Below, piece after piece: positions 49,137 through 63,532 of a stretch of DNA of 64,000 nt. The stretch covers positions 5,312 through 69,311 of the forward strand of contig CAVZML010000006.1 of the NCBI GenBank assembly GCA_963776395.1, given 5' to 3'. The notes below the pieces were generated by a model that saw only the letters and a program-made list of their open reading frames with translations, ran no database searches and had not been told where the DNA came from. A program made the translations under genes and the position numbers. The DNA comes from an uncultured Chloroflexia bacterium (GTDB taxonomy: Bacteria; Chloroflexota; Limnocylindria; Limnocylindrales; CSP1-4). The stretch's first letter is position 1. Each line of letters begins with the position of its first letter.

Positions 49137-49970
49137 ATGGACGATGCCCTTCGCGCCAACCGTGAGGTCTGGGACGCGTGGACCGCCATCCACACCGCCT
49201 CGGAGTTCTACGACGTCCCCTCGTTCCGCGACGGCCGCCGTCCGATCCGCCTCGCCGGCTATGAGCGCGAGGAGATCGGGCCGGTCGCGGGCAAGTCGCT
49301 GCTCCATCTCCAGTGCCACTTCGGCCTCGACACCCTCTCCTGGGCGCGCCTAGGTGCCAACGTCACGGGCGCGGACTTCAGCGAGCGTGCCGTCGAGGAG
49401 GCGCGGGCCCTGGCGGCGGACACTGGTGTCCCCGCGACCTTCGTGCTCTCGAACCTGTACGACCTCCCGGACACGCTGGAAGGCGAGTTCGACATCGTGT
49501 ACACGTCGAGGGGGGTGCTCGGCTGGCTCCCGGACATCGCGGGCTGGGCGCGAGTCGCGGCGCATTTCGTCAGGCCCGGCGGCACGCTGTACGTGACCGA
49601 GATCCACCCCGTCGCCCAGGTGTTCGAGGAGGAGGGTGTGGCGGCCGGCGAGCTGCGCCTCGCCTACCCCTACTGGTCTCACGAGGCCCCGATCACGTTC
49701 GAGGTCCGGGGCTCCTACGCGGACGAGGATGCGCCGACGCCCGACGGCCTCGTGGAGCACGGCTGGGCCCACTCGCTGGGCGAGATCGTCACCGCCCTCA
49801 TCGACGCCGGCCTCCGCATCGACTTCCTCCACGAGTTCGACTTCTGCGAGTGGAAGGTGGGGTTCCTCGTGGAGGGCCAGGACCGCCGGTGGCGCCTGCC
49901 GGCCGACGCCAAGGGCGGGCTCCCGCTCTTCTTCTCGATCCACGCCACGAAGCCGATGGACGCCGGCTGA
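49137..49970 (+). CDS. Class I SAM-dependent methyltransferase
   Basis: LLHLQCHFGLDTLSWARLGANVTGADFS (motif I region), then DIVYTSRGVLGWL and RPGGTLYV. Confidence 0.8.
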   Translation: MDDALRANREVWDAWTAIHTASEFYDVPSFRDGRRPIRLAGYEREEIGPVAGKSLLHLQCHFGLDTLSWARLGANVTGADFSERAVEEARALAADTGVPATFVLSNLYDLPDTLEGEFDIVYTSRGVLGWLPDIAGWARVAAHFVRPGGTLYVTEIHPVAQVFEEEGVAAGELRLAYPYWSHEAPITFEVRGSYADEDAPTPDGLVEHGWAHSLGEIVTALIDAGLRIDFLHEFDFCEWKVGFLVEGQDRRWRLPADAKGGLPLFFSIHATKPMDAG

Positions 49971-50047
49971 TCGTTCGGTGGCGCGCCCGCGCCTGCGGTG
50001 GCTCGCCCGCGCCTGCACCATCCGCGCCCTGCGTGCACACTTCTCGC

Positions 50048-51004
50048 ATGACGACCCCGTGGTTCGGCCTCCATCTCCCCAACTACACCTTCCCCGAGAC
50101 GCCGCCCGAGCGGCTGTTCGACCGCATCGTGGAGCAGGCCCGCGCGGCCGAGACCGCCGGCTTCGGGCTGGTCACCGTGATGGACCACCTGAACCAGATC
50201 CCCGGCATCGGCCCCCAGTCGGACCCGATGCTGGAGTCGTGGTCCGTGCTCGCCGCCCTCGCCCGCGAGACGCGCAGCGTCCGGCTGGGGACCCTGGTCA
50301 CGGGCGTGACCTATCGCAACCCGTCGCTGCTCGCGAAGACGGCCACGACGCTGGACGTGATCTCCGGCGGGCGCGCGATCTTCGGCCTCGGTGCGGCGTG
50401 GTACGACGAGGAACACCGGGCATTCGGCTTCGACTTCCCACCGATCGGGGAGCGGATGGACCGGCTCGACGAGGCACTGGCGATCGCGAAGGCGATGTTC
50501 ACCCAGGAGCGGCCGTCGTTCGTCGGTCGCCACTACCAAATCGAGGAGGTCCTCAACGTTCCCCGACCTGTGCAGCCGGGTGGCCCCCGGATCCTCGTCG
50601 GTGGCGGTGGCGAGCAGCGGACCTTGAAGATCGCGGCCAGGCACGCGGACCTGACGCACTGGTTCCCGCTCGGCCTCCCCGCCCTCGCGCACAAGACCGA
50701 GGTCCTCGCCCGTCACTGCGAGGCGATCGGCCGCGATCCGGCCACGATCGAACGGACGATGGCGGCGCCCGTGATCGTGGGCGCCACCGAGGCCGATGCC
50801 CGCGCCGTGTGGGAGCGTCTCCCCGAAGAGCGGCGGGCCACGACGAGGCCGTCGACGCCTGACCAGGCGGCCGATCTCCTCCGGCCCTACCTCGACGCGG
50901 GTTTCACGGGCTTCACGTTCAACAACAACGTCTACGAGACGCCGGAGCGCATCGCGGTGCTGGGCGAGCTGCTCCGTCTCATCGGTGGCCGGCCCCCGGC
51001 GTGA
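50048..51004 (+). CDS. LLM-class (luciferase-like) F420-dependent-type oxidoreductase
   Basis: MTTPWFGLHLPNY...VTVMDHL...LGTLVTGVTYRNPSLLAK...GGRAIFGLGAGW. The start was taken at the internal Met of ORF 49313-51004. Confidence 0.8.
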   Translation: MTTPWFGLHLPNYTFPETPPERLFDRIVEQARAAETAGFGLVTVMDHLNQIPGIGPQSDPMLESWSVLAALARETRSVRLGTLVTGVTYRNPSLLAKTATTLDVISGGRAIFGLGAAWYDEEHRAFGFDFPPIGERMDRLDEALAIAKAMFTQERPSFVGRHYQIEEVLNVPRPVQPGGPRILVGGGGEQRTLKIAARHADLTHWFPLGLPALAHKTEVLARHCEAIGRDPATIERTMAAPVIVGATEADARAVWERLPEERRATTRPSTPDQAADLLRPYLDAGFTGFTFNNNVYETPERIAVLGELLRLIGGRPPA

Positions 51005-51975
51005 GGCCCTTCCGCTTCCTCGCCGACCCGGGCGACGTCACCGGCGGCGCGTCGCTCAGGGAGGCAGCCCGGCGCGCGGAGGCCATCGGATACTCGACGC
51101 TGGTCTACGCGGACCACGTCGTGAACCAGTTCGGGTATCTACCTATGCTGGCCTCGATCGCCGCGGTGACGGACACGGTCCGCGTCGCGCCATTCGTCGT
51201 GAACAACGACCTGCGCCACCCGGCGCTCGTGGCCCAGGACCTGGCAACGCTCGACGTGCTGAGCGACGGTCGCGTCGACGTCGCGGTCGGCGCCGGCTGG
51301 AACCGGCCGGAGTACGACGCGCTCGGGCTGACGTTCGACCCCGTCGGCGTCCGCGTCGCTCGCCTGGCCGAGGCGGTCGCCATCCTGAAGGGCTGCTTCG
51401 GCGACGGCCCGTTCAGCTTCTCCGGCGAGCACTACACGCTGACCGACTACGAGGGGCTCCCGAAGCCGGTCCAGCGTCCCCACCCACCCATCTTCATCGG
51501 CGGGGGAGGCCGGCGGACGCTCGAGCTGGCGGCACGGGAGGCCGACATCGTGGGGCTCGCGCCTCGCACGCTCGGCGGGGCCGGCACATCGGGCTCGGGC
51601 CCGCTTGTCCGCTCGGACCCCCGCTCGATCACCGTTGCCGCGACCGAGGAGAAGCTGGCCTGGCTCCGAGAGGCCGCCGGCGACCGCTTCGACGCCCTGG
51701 AGCTCAACGTCTACCCGGCCGGCACCGCCACCGGGCCGGTGATCACGGACCACCCACGTGCGGTGGCCGCCGATATCGCCGACGGGATCGCGGCCCGCAC
51801 GGGCCTCACCATCACGGTGGACGAGCTGCTCGAGTCGCCGCACGTGTTCATCGGCTCGATAGACGGCCTGACCGCCAAGCTCACCGAGCTGCGAGAGCGC
51901 CTGGGCATCAGCTCGTTCATGACCGGTGACATCGACACGCTCGCACCGGTGGTGGAGCGCCTCGCCGGAAGCTGA
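51001..51975 (+). CDS. Second LLM-class oxidoreductase paralogue
   Basis: 324 aa, with a GTGA overlap to the previous gene. YADHV...VVNNDLRHPALVAQDLATLDVLSDGRVDVAVGAGW. Confidence 0.8.
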   Translation: MRPFRFLADPGDVTGGASLREAARRAEAIGYSTLVYADHVVNQFGYLPMLASIAAVTDTVRVAPFVVNNDLRHPALVAQDLATLDVLSDGRVDVAVGAGWNRPEYDALGLTFDPVGVRVARLAEAVAILKGCFGDGPFSFSGEHYTLTDYEGLPKPVQRPHPPIFIGGGGRRTLELAAREADIVGLAPRTLGGAGTSGSGPLVRSDPRSITVAATEEKLAWLREAAGDRFDALELNVYPAGTATGPVITDHPRAVAADIADGIAARTGLTITVDELLESPHVFIGSIDGLTAKLTELRERLGISSFMTGDIDTLAPVVERLAGS

Positions 51976-51980
51976 TCCGG

Positions 51981-52108
51981 GCGTGGCGCCGCGAGGCAGG
52001 CGCCGTGGCGCGAGAGGCAAGGCGCCCGTGGCGCGAGAGGCGAGGCGCCCGTGGCGCGAGAGGCCAGGCGCCCGTGGCGCGAGGCCGGCGCCCGTGGCGC
52101 GAGAGGCC
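51981..52108. repeat. Tandem array of about 6 units of ~23 bp (GCGCCCGTGGCGCGAGAGGCnAG)
   Basis: Read directly from the sequence. Units vary by 1-3 nt and there are no spacers. Confidence 0.85.
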
Positions 52109-52166
52109 ACGAAATCGAGCACGAGAGGGCGACCTGGAGGCTTGAGCGAGCCCGTCGGGTTAATAC

Positions 52167-52305
52167 GTGGTCTCCTGCGCCACGAAGTCGCCCGAAACCG
52201 CGTCGCCTCGGGTCCGGAACCCGGATTCGTGGCGCCAGGGACCACACGACGGGGAGCCATCCGCCGCGGAACCGGGAATCGTGGCGCCAGCGGACCACAC
52301 GACGG
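52167..52305. repeat. Local ~40-bp repeat family, two direct copies plus an inverted partner
   Basis: GGTCCGGAACCCGGATTCGTGGCGCCAGGGACCACACGACGG at 52211-52252, a variant at 52267-52305, and the inverted partner GTGGTCTCCTGCGCCACGAA at 52167-52186. It shares the core CGTGGCGC(C/G)AG with the 23-bp array. Confidence 0.75.
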
Positions 52306-52344
52306 GCGAGATCGGGGCACCGGCGCGGTCCGTCGGCCCGGTGC

Positions 52345-53002
52345 GAGGCCGATGCCCGGCTCGTCGCCCGGATCGCGGTCGCCCATGCGCAGAGCCGGGG
52401 CACGTATGGCGCACCCCGGATCCGGGCCGAGCTCCAGGCGGACGGGAACCCCGTGGGCCGACGGCGGGTGGCGCGCCTCATGCGCCTGGCCGGGCTCCGG
52501 GGCATCACCCGCCGCCGCTTCAGGTCGACCACCCGCCAGGACCCGACCCGGGCACCCGCCCCCGACCTCGTCCGGCGCAGGTTCGCCGCCCTCGGCCCCG
52601 CCGGACCGGCTCTGGGTGGCCGACATCACCGAGCTCCCGACCGACGAGGGCAAGCTCTATCTCGCCGTCGTCCTCGACGCCTGCAGCCGGCGGGTCGTGG
52701 GCTGGTCGATGGCCGAGCTCCAGCGCACGGCCCTCGTGGTCGACGCCCTCGAGGCGGCCCTCGCCGCCCGGCACCCGCTGGGCACCATCTTCCACTCGGA
52801 CCGCGGCTCCCAGTACACGAGCCTCGCCTTCGGCGACCGGCTCGCCGAGGCCGGGGTCGCGGCGTCGATGGGTGCACCCGGCACCGCCTTCGACAACGCC
52901 ATGGCCGAGAGCTTCTTCGCCTCGCTCGAGACCGAGCTCATCGACCGCAGCCACTGGGCGACGCGGGCCGAGGCACGGCTCGGCCGTCTTCGACTGGATC
53001 GA
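52345..53002 (+). pseudogene. IS3-family transposase OrfB (rve integrase domain) remnant, truncated at both ends, one frameshift
   Basis: ARLVARIAVAHAQSRGTYGAPRIRAELQ...(frame change)...LWVADITELPTDEGKLYLAVVLDACSRRVVGWSM...FHSDRGSQYTS...DNAMAESFF..LETE..., ending at AVFDWIEV, where the repeat begins. No OrfA is present. Confidence 0.8.
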
Positions 53003-53046
53003 GGTCCGGAACCGGGATTCGTGGCGCGAGGGACCACACCCGACGG
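53003..53046. repeat. Third copy of the ~40-bp repeat family
   Basis: GGTCCGGAACCGGGATTCGTGGCGCGAGGGACCACACCCGACGG replaces the 3' end of the IS3 orfB. Confidence 0.75.
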
Positions 53047-53197
53047 CGACGGCCGCGCCCCTGCGGCGGCCGAGGTGGGCACGCCGCATGTCGCTCGCTC
53101 GCCGGACTCCCGGAAAGAGCCTCCCGGCGGTCCCGGCTCGATTATCGTGTACGCCGTCGTCGCCATCGCGACCTGACCCGATCACAGCGGGGCGAAC

Positions 53198-54043
53198 GTG
53201 GACATCCAGCTCGGCGAACCGCGGATCTTCAATCTCGAGCCGCGCATCCCCGTGGAGGATCTCCGGCGCCGCGCCGAAGAGCGGAAGACCGCGTCCCTCG
53301 GGACCGGCATCGGCGGCCTGCTCCAGCGCCCAAGGTCCGAGGACGTCGTCCTGGTCACCACCCAGCGCCGCGTCGAGCCTTTCTGGCACGTCGACTGTCA
53401 CGCCCACTACGTCTACGACCGCAGCCGCACCTACACGATCCCTGCCAGTGCCCCCGACGTCCGGGCCGTTACCCTCCTGGGCGAGGACTTCGCCGTCCTG
53501 CAGTCGGGCAAGGCCCCGGCTGCGTTCATGGTCTCGCTCATGGAGCACTGCACGGACGACATCCGGGACGAGGTGTTCGTCGACGGTCAGACCGGCACCC
53601 CCGTCGCCACCGGGGCGGCGCTGATCAACGGCGAGCGCACCGAGGTGATGGATCCTGGGGCGCTGGGCGAGGATGGGACGATCGTCGTCGTACCGGAGCA
53701 GCGCGCGTCGGCCATCGTCCGGCAGCTCCTCGCCAAGATGCTCCGGCCCCTCCAGGCCGACGTGGTCCACGAGGAGTCCCTCGCCATGGACCACATCGAG
53801 CTGTTCTACCGGCCCATCGTGGCGTTCGAGTTCCACCTGCCCGCGAAGGACCGCCGAGGGGTGGTGGAGGTCGACGCGCTCACCGGCGAGGCGAAGACGG
53901 CCTCGTCCCTCAAGATGCAGATCACGCGTCGGGTCAGCAGGGACGCGCTGTTCGACATCGGCGCCGACACCGTCGGACTGCTCGTGCCGGGCGGGAGCAT
54001 CGCAGTGAAGCTGGCACGGGTCGCGCTGGACAAGGGGTACTGA
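53198..54043 (+). CDS. Hypothetical protein (281 aa)
   Basis: GTG start and codon composition consistent with neighbouring genes. No recognisable family. Confidence 0.45.
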   Translation: MDIQLGEPRIFNLEPRIPVEDLRRRAEERKTASLGTGIGGLLQRPRSEDVVLVTTQRRVEPFWHVDCHAHYVYDRSRTYTIPASAPDVRAVTLLGEDFAVLQSGKAPAAFMVSLMEHCTDDIRDEVFVDGQTGTPVATGAALINGERTEVMDPGALGEDGTIVVVPEQRASAIVRQLLAKMLRPLQADVVHEESLAMDHIELFYRPIVAFEFHLPAKDRRGVVEVDALTGEAKTASSLKMQITRRVSRDALFDIGADTVGLLVPGGSIAVKLARVALDKGY

Positions 54044-54131
54044 GGGGACCCTGGGGGACCGGAGGCACCCGGTCGAGTCTGCTCCCGCACGCGTCGCGGC
54101 CCGGGCGTCCCGGACCGGGCATGATGGCCCC

Positions 54132-55568
54132 GTGTCCGCGCAGCCCATTCCTTCCGCGCTCGACGAGGCGCGGACCGCCGACCTCTTCGCGCCTGGCCTC
54201 CGGGGCCTGACGCTCGGCCTCGTTCTCACGATCACCCTCACCGCGGTCGAGTCGCTCGCGATCGGCACGGTCATGCCGATGGTGGCCGCCGACCTGGGCA
54301 ACATCGAGCTGTACGGGTGGGTCTATTCGGCTTTCTTCCTCGGCAGCCTGGTCGGGATCGTGGTCACCGGCGGCGCGATCGACCGGATGCCGCTGTGGCG
54401 CCCGTACGCGGTGGGGCTCGGGCTGTTCGCGCTGGGTCTGGCGATGGGCGGCGCCGCACCCTCGATGCCCTTCCTCGTGCTGGCCCGGTTCGTCCAGGGC
54501 CTCGGTGCGGGCTCGGTGGGCCCGACCGCGTACACCGCCATCGGCCGGTGCATGCCCGAACGGCTCCAACCGCGCATGTTCGCGATCCTGTCCACCGCGT
54601 GGGTGGTGCCAGGGATCATCGGGCCGTCGCTCGCTGCGGTCGTCGGCCAGGCGCTCGGCTGGCGCTGGGTCTTCCTGGGCCTGCTGCCGCTCCTCGCCGT
54701 GGCCGGCGGGCTTGCGCTCTCGGCGCTGCGTAACGTGCCGGCCGCGATCCAGACGACCGGAGACGCGGCCACCGCGGCGACCGTCCGGCGCCTGCCGAAC
54801 GCGCTGCTCGCGGCCGCCGGCGCAGGGACACTGGTAGCGGCGCTGACCGCCCAGAGCCCGGGCCTGATGATCGCGGGCGCCGCGATCGGACTCGCAATGC
54901 TCCTTCCTGCCTTCCGGCGCCTCACGCCGGCCGGGACCCTGGTGCTGGCCGTCGGCGTCCCGGCCGCGATCCTGCTGCGCGGTGTCATGACCTTCGCTTT
55001 CTTCGTCGGTGACGCCTACATCCCGCTGCTCCTGCAGACCTGGCGCGGGACGTCGCCCACGCTCACCGGGGTCGTGTTCACGGCCACCACCATCGCGTGG
55101 ACCACCGGCTCGTGGGCACAGGCGCGGCGGATCGATGCCTGGGGGCCGCGGCGGTTCGTGACGCTCGGGTTCACGCTCATCGCCGTCGGGGCCGGGCTGA
55201 CGTTGCTCGCGGTGCTGCCGGGTGTGCCCCCGGAGATCACGATCCTGACCTGGATCCTGCCGGGCCTCGGCATGGGCTTCATGTACTCCGCCGTGACGCT
55301 CGTGGTGCTCCGCGGCGTCGCCGCCTTCGAGCAGGGATCAGCCACGTCCGCGCTGCAGCTGTCCGACATCCTGGGCACCGCACTCGGGACCGGCGTTGCG
55401 GGTGCGATCATCGCCTTCGGGGAGCGGGCCGGGACCGATGGGCTGGGTCTCGCGCTCGCCGGCGTCTTCGCCCTGTCCGGGGTCGTGGCAGTCGCCGGCG
55501 CGGTCGCATCGGGGCGGATCCGGGCCCCGCGACCCTCGCAGAGCGTGCTGACGGCTGCGGTAGACTAG
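54132..55568 (+). CDS. MFS transporter
   Basis: About 14 predicted helices, with the MFS loop motif (GGAIDRMPLWRP). Confidence 0.8.
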   Translation: MSAQPIPSALDEARTADLFAPGLRGLTLGLVLTITLTAVESLAIGTVMPMVAADLGNIELYGWVYSAFFLGSLVGIVVTGGAIDRMPLWRPYAVGLGLFALGLAMGGAAPSMPFLVLARFVQGLGAGSVGPTAYTAIGRCMPERLQPRMFAILSTAWVVPGIIGPSLAAVVGQALGWRWVFLGLLPLLAVAGGLALSALRNVPAAIQTTGDAATAATVRRLPNALLAAAGAGTLVAALTAQSPGLMIAGAAIGLAMLLPAFRRLTPAGTLVLAVGVPAAILLRGVMTFAFFVGDAYIPLLLQTWRGTSPTLTGVVFTATTIAWTTGSWAQARRIDAWGPRRFVTLGFTLIAVGAGLTLLAVLPGVPPEITILTWILPGLGMGFMYSAVTLVVLRGVAAFEQGSATSALQLSDILGTALGTGVAGAIIAFGERAGTDGLGLALAGVFALSGVVAVAGAVASGRIRAPRPSQSVLTAAVD

Positions 55569-55602
55569 CCACCCGGCGGCAACCTGCCCGCGCCGCCACC
55601 CG

Positions 55603-56154
55603 TTGCGCAACCTCCGGAGGTTTCCGAAGCCCATGTCCGCCGAGACGCTTCGCGCGAAGGTCCGCGAGATCCCCGACTTCCCGAAGCCCGGCATCCTGTT
55701 CTACGACATCACGACGCTCCTCAAGGACAGCGCGGCCTACAAGGAGTCGATCGACCTGATGCTCGAGCCGTACACGGACGAGCACGTGGACCTCGTCGTG
55801 GGGATGGAGTCGCGCGGGTTCATCTTCTCGGCGCCCATGGCCTACCAGCTGGGCACCGGGCTCGTCCCGGTCCGCAAGCTGGGCAAGCTGCCCGCCGAGA
55901 CCCTGACCGTGGAGTACGCCCTGGAGTACGGCTCCAACACGCTCGAGATCCACCGCGACGCCATCCAGCCCGGCCAGCGCGTGCTCATCGTGGACGACCT
56001 CCTCGCCACCGGCGGCACCGTGGGCGGCACGATCGAGCTGGTCGAGCGCCTCAAGGGCGTCGTCGTGGGCCTCGCGTTCCTCGTGGAGCTCGACTTCCTC
56101 AAGGGTCGCGAGCGTCTCGAGGGCCGCAAGGTCACGAGCGTCATCCAGTACTGA
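55603..56154 (+). CDS. apt: Adenine phosphoribosyltransferase
   Basis: IPDFPKPGILFYDITTLL...GMESRGFIF...VLIVDDLLATGGT (PRPP motif). The true start may be the Met at 55633. Confidence 0.9.
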   Translation: MRNLRRFPKPMSAETLRAKVREIPDFPKPGILFYDITTLLKDSAAYKESIDLMLEPYTDEHVDLVVGMESRGFIFSAPMAYQLGTGLVPVRKLGKLPAETLTVEYALEYGSNTLEIHRDAIQPGQRVLIVDDLLATGGTVGGTIELVERLKGVVVGLAFLVELDFLKGRERLEGRKVTSVIQY

Positions 56155-56200
56155 CGGTCGCTGCCACGCTGCGCGGCTCGCCCGGCCATCTCCCCATCCC

Positions 56201-59960
<3,760 letters not shown>

Positions 59961-59963
59961 CCC

Positions 59964-61988
59964 GTGGTATCGGGGGAGGACCGGCATGCCCCCGGCGTGG
60001 GCGCCGCGGCGGGCAGGGTCGCGGCCCCATTCGGCAGCTGGGCCTCGCCGATCGGCATCGAGCTCGTGGCGGCCGCCGCGGTCGCTCTCTCCGAGCCGCA
60101 ACCGGACGGCGAAGACGTCTACTGGATCGAAGGGCGCCCGTCCGAGGGCGGCCGCAGGACGCTCCTGCGGCACGCGCCGGATGGCTCGACGCGGGAGCTG
60201 ACGCCCGCGCCGTTCGACGTCCGGACTCGCGTCCACGAGTACGGCGGGGGCTCCTACCGGGCCGATGCCGGGCGGGTGGTCGCGTCCTCGCTCGCCGACG
60301 GGCGACTCTGGTCCATCGACCCGGAGGGGACGCGCCCGCCGGATCCGATCACCCCGGAAGGGCCATGGCGCTTCGCGGACCTGCGGTTCGACCCGGTGCG
60401 GCCGCTGCTCTACGCCGTGCGCGAGACGCACGATCCCCGCGACGATCTCCCGGCCGAGGTCCGGAACGACATCGTGGCGATCGCGCTGGACGGGCCAGCC
60501 GGCAGTGACCCGGTCCGCGTCCTGGTCCAGGGCCCGGACTTCGTCGCGGCCCCACGTCCCTCGCCGGACGGCTCGCGGCTCGCGTGGCTGGAGTGGGACC
60601 ACCCGGACATGCCGTGGGACGCCGCCCGTCTGCGGGTCGCCGCGATCGCCGGGGACGGCTCCCTGGGCGAGGCCCGGACGCTGGCCGGCGGTCCCGGGGT
60701 CTCGGTGACCCAGCCGGAGTGGTCGGCCGCGGGTGTCCTGCACTTCGTGTCCGACGAGACCGGTTGGTGGAACCTGTTTGCGTTCGACGCTGCCGGGGGC
60801 CTTCACGGCCCGGCCCGGAACCTCGCCCCGATGGAGGCCGAGCTGGGCGACCCGGCCTGGCTGTTCGACCGGTCGGCCTACGTGTCCGCCGATGGCGGCG
60901 GGATCCTCGCTGCCGCCCGCTCGGACGGCGGCGACGGGCTCGTCCGCATCGCCCGCGACGGGAAGGTCACGCCGGTCGACCTGCCGTTCACGGAGCTCGA
61001 GTGGCTCCGGCGTGCCGTGGGCGGCGGCCAGGCCGTGGTGGTGGCCGCGGGGCCCCGCGACGCGGCCGTGCTCGTGCGCCTGGATCCAGCGACCGGCGAG
61101 CCATCCGGCGTGCTGGCGCGCTCGATCTCGGCCCCGCTGGACGCCGACGCCCTGCCGTCGCCCGAGCCGATCGCCTTCCCGACGACCGGTGGGGCCACCG
61201 CCCGTGCCCTCTACTTCCCCCCGACCAATGGCGCGTTCGAAGGTCCGGAGGGGGAGAGGCCGCCGCTCATCGTCATTGCCCACGGGGGCCCGACGAGCGC
61301 GGCCACGTCGGCGCTCTTGTTGGACCGCGCGTTCTTCACCTCGCGTGGCATCGCCGTGGCCGCGGTCGACTACCGCGGCTCCACCGGCTACGGGCGTCGC
61401 TACCGGGATGCGCTGAAGGGCCAGTTGGGGATCGCGGACGTCGATGACTGCGTCGCCGCGGCCCGGTTCCTCGCCGACCGCGGGTCCGTCGACCCGTCCC
61501 GGATGGCCATCCGGGGGGCCAGCTCCGGCGGCTACACGACGCTGGCCGCGCTGGCCTTCCGACCGGATGTCTTCGCAGCGGGGATCAGCCACTACGGGAT
61601 CGCGGACCTCGAGCTGATCCATGCCGACAGCCACAAGTTCGAGGCACGCTACGACGAGGGGCTGGTGGCACCCTGGGACACGGGCAGGGACGTGTACCGG
61701 GACCGATCGCCGATCCACTCGCTCGATCGCATCCGCGCGCCGATGCTCATCTTCCAGGGCCTCGACGACAAGGTCGTTCCCCCGAGCCAGCTGGATGTGA
61801 TGGTCGACCTGTTCAGGTCCCGCGGTCTGCCGCACGTCGCAATGACCTTCGAGGGCGAGGGTCATGGATTCCGCCGCGCGGCGACGAAACGGACCGTCTA
61901 CCGCGCCGAGATCGCCTTCCTCGCCCGTGTCTTCGGGTTCAGGCCGGCGGACGACATCGAGCCGATGGAGATCCCGGGTCTGGCCTGA
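59964..61988 (+). CDS. S9 family (prolyl oligopeptidase/dipeptidyl aminopeptidase-like) serine peptidase
   Basis: N-terminal beta-propeller region. The C-terminal alpha/beta hydrolase carries GASSGGY (Ser), QGLDDKVV (Asp) and EGEGHGF (His). Confidence 0.85.
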   Translation: MVSGEDRHAPGVGAAAGRVAAPFGSWASPIGIELVAAAAVALSEPQPDGEDVYWIEGRPSEGGRRTLLRHAPDGSTRELTPAPFDVRTRVHEYGGGSYRADAGRVVASSLADGRLWSIDPEGTRPPDPITPEGPWRFADLRFDPVRPLLYAVRETHDPRDDLPAEVRNDIVAIALDGPAGSDPVRVLVQGPDFVAAPRPSPDGSRLAWLEWDHPDMPWDAARLRVAAIAGDGSLGEARTLAGGPGVSVTQPEWSAAGVLHFVSDETGWWNLFAFDAAGGLHGPARNLAPMEAELGDPAWLFDRSAYVSADGGGILAAARSDGGDGLVRIARDGKVTPVDLPFTELEWLRRAVGGGQAVVVAAGPRDAAVLVRLDPATGEPSGVLARSISAPLDADALPSPEPIAFPTTGGATARALYFPPTNGAFEGPEGERPPLIVIAHGGPTSAATSALLLDRAFFTSRGIAVAAVDYRGSTGYGRRYRDALKGQLGIADVDDCVAAARFLADRGSVDPSRMAIRGASSGGYTTLAALAFRPDVFAAGISHYGIADLELIHADSHKFEARYDEGLVAPWDTGRDVYRDRSPIHSLDRIRAPMLIFQGLDDKVVPPSQLDVMVDLFRSRGLPHVAMTFEGEGHGFRRAATKRTVYRAEIAFLARVFGFRPADDIEPMEIPGLA

Positions 61989-62068
61989 CCCTCGCCGATG
62001 GCGGCCCGGCCGCCCGCGGGGCCGGTGGTACGCTCGCCCGGTCACCCACAGGCCTGCCCGGAGCGCGC

Positions 62069-63283
62069 ATGAGCATCGTCGACTCGGACCACTACCTGTT
62101 CACCTCGGAGTCGGTCACCGAGGGGCACCCGGACAAGATGTGCGACCAGATCTCGGACGCCATCCTGGACAGGATCCTCGAGGACGACCCCGACGCGCGC
62201 GTCGCCTGCGAGACGGCGACGACGACCGGTCTCGTCCTGGTCCTGGGCGAGATCACCACATCGACCTACGTGGATTTCCAGGCGGTCGTACGGGACACGG
62301 TCCGGGACATCGGCTACACGAAGGCCGAATACGGGTTCGATTACCTCACCTGCGGCACGCTGGTGAGCGTCAAGGAGCAGGCATCCGACATCGCACAGGG
62401 CGTCGACAGGGCGCTGGAGGTTCGCGACTCGGCCGCTCCGACCCGCGAGCTGGGCGCCGGCGACCAGGGGATGATGTTCGGGTACGCGTGCCGCGACACC
62501 CCGGAGCTGATGCCGCTCCCGATCGCGCTCGCCCACCGCATGGCCCGTCGGATGGCCGAGGCGCGCAAGTCCGGGCAGCTGCCCTACCTGCGGCCCGATG
62601 GCAAGACCCAGGTCACGGTGGAGTACGAGCGTGGCAAGCCGATGCGCGTGCGGACGGTCGTCGCGTCGGCCCAGCACGACCCGAACGTGCGCCAGGAGCG
62701 GATCCGGTCCGACCTCATCGAGAGCGTGATCCTGCCCGTGATCCCGGCCGAGCTCCGGACCGTGGACCCGGTCATGCACGTGAACCCGACCGGCCGGTTC
62801 GTGACGGGCGGGCCGATGGGCGATGCGGGCCTCACGGGCCGCAAGATCATCGTGGACTCGTACGGCGGCATGGCCCGTCATGGCGGCGGCGCCTTCTCGG
62901 GCAAGGACCCGACGAAGGTCGATCGCTCGGCTGCCTACGCTGCCCGCTGGGTCGCGAAGAACATCGTCGCGGCGGGGATCGCGGAGCGGTTCGAGGTCGA
63001 GGTGGCGTACGGCATCGGCATCGCCCACCCGATCTCACTCTCGATCGAGACGTTCGGGACGGGCCGGATCCCCGACGAGAGGGTCCAGGCGCTGGTGGAG
63101 GCTCACTTCGACCTCCGTCCGGCGTCGATCATCGAGGCGCTGGACCTGCGGCGGCCGATCTACCGCCAGACGGCCGCCTACGGCCACTTCGGACGCGAGG
63201 ACCTGGACGTGCCGTGGGAACGGACGGACAAGGCCGCGGCCCTGGCCGCCGACGCAGGGCTCCCGGAGCCCGTTCTGGGCTGA
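62069..63283 (+). CDS. metK: S-adenosylmethionine synthetase
   Basis: [55 protein letters not shown]. Confidence 0.95.
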   Translation: MSIVDSDHYLFTSESVTEGHPDKMCDQISDAILDRILEDDPDARVACETATTTGLVLVLGEITTSTYVDFQAVVRDTVRDIGYTKAEYGFDYLTCGTLVSVKEQASDIAQGVDRALEVRDSAAPTRELGAGDQGMMFGYACRDTPELMPLPIALAHRMARRMAEARKSGQLPYLRPDGKTQVTVEYERGKPMRVRTVVASAQHDPNVRQERIRSDLIESVILPVIPAELRTVDPVMHVNPTGRFVTGGPMGDAGLTGRKIIVDSYGGMARHGGGAFSGKDPTKVDRSAAYAARWVAKNIVAAGIAERFEVEVAYGIGIAHPISLSIETFGTGRIPDERVQALVEAHFDLRPASIIEALDLRRPIYRQTAAYGHFGREDLDVPWERTDKAAALAADAGLPEPVLG

Positions 63284-63532
63284 CCCGCCGGGTCTTGCGA
63301 AAGCCCGACCGATACACCCCTGGATAGAGACGGGTGTCGGGGGTTTCAGCCGATCGATACAAAAAGTGCGATAGAGAAGGCGGGCTGATCCGCCGCTCTT
63401 TGTGCCGCCCGACGGGTGGGTCGGTCCGGCCTTCCTCCGCAGACTGCTCGGGAAAGCTGCGCACAAGCCGCGCCGCTGCCCCGGTGTCGAGCGCTCCCCA
63501 GACCGCTCGGGGCCCAAGAGGAGGATCAGCGC

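Noticed and set aside
51981-52108. Possible CRISPR array (also considered for 48382-48461)
   Set aside because: The units are directly tandem with no unique spacers. The unit length (16-23 bp) is too short, and no cas genes are present in the window.
52051-54304. Long ORFs 52051-54210 (+, 719 aa) and 52520-54304 (-, 594 aa)
   Set aside because: Only the IS3 orfB-like stretch in the plus frames shows homology-like signal. The rest is Arg/Pro/Gly-rich and overlaps the better-supported 53198-54043 and MFS frames.
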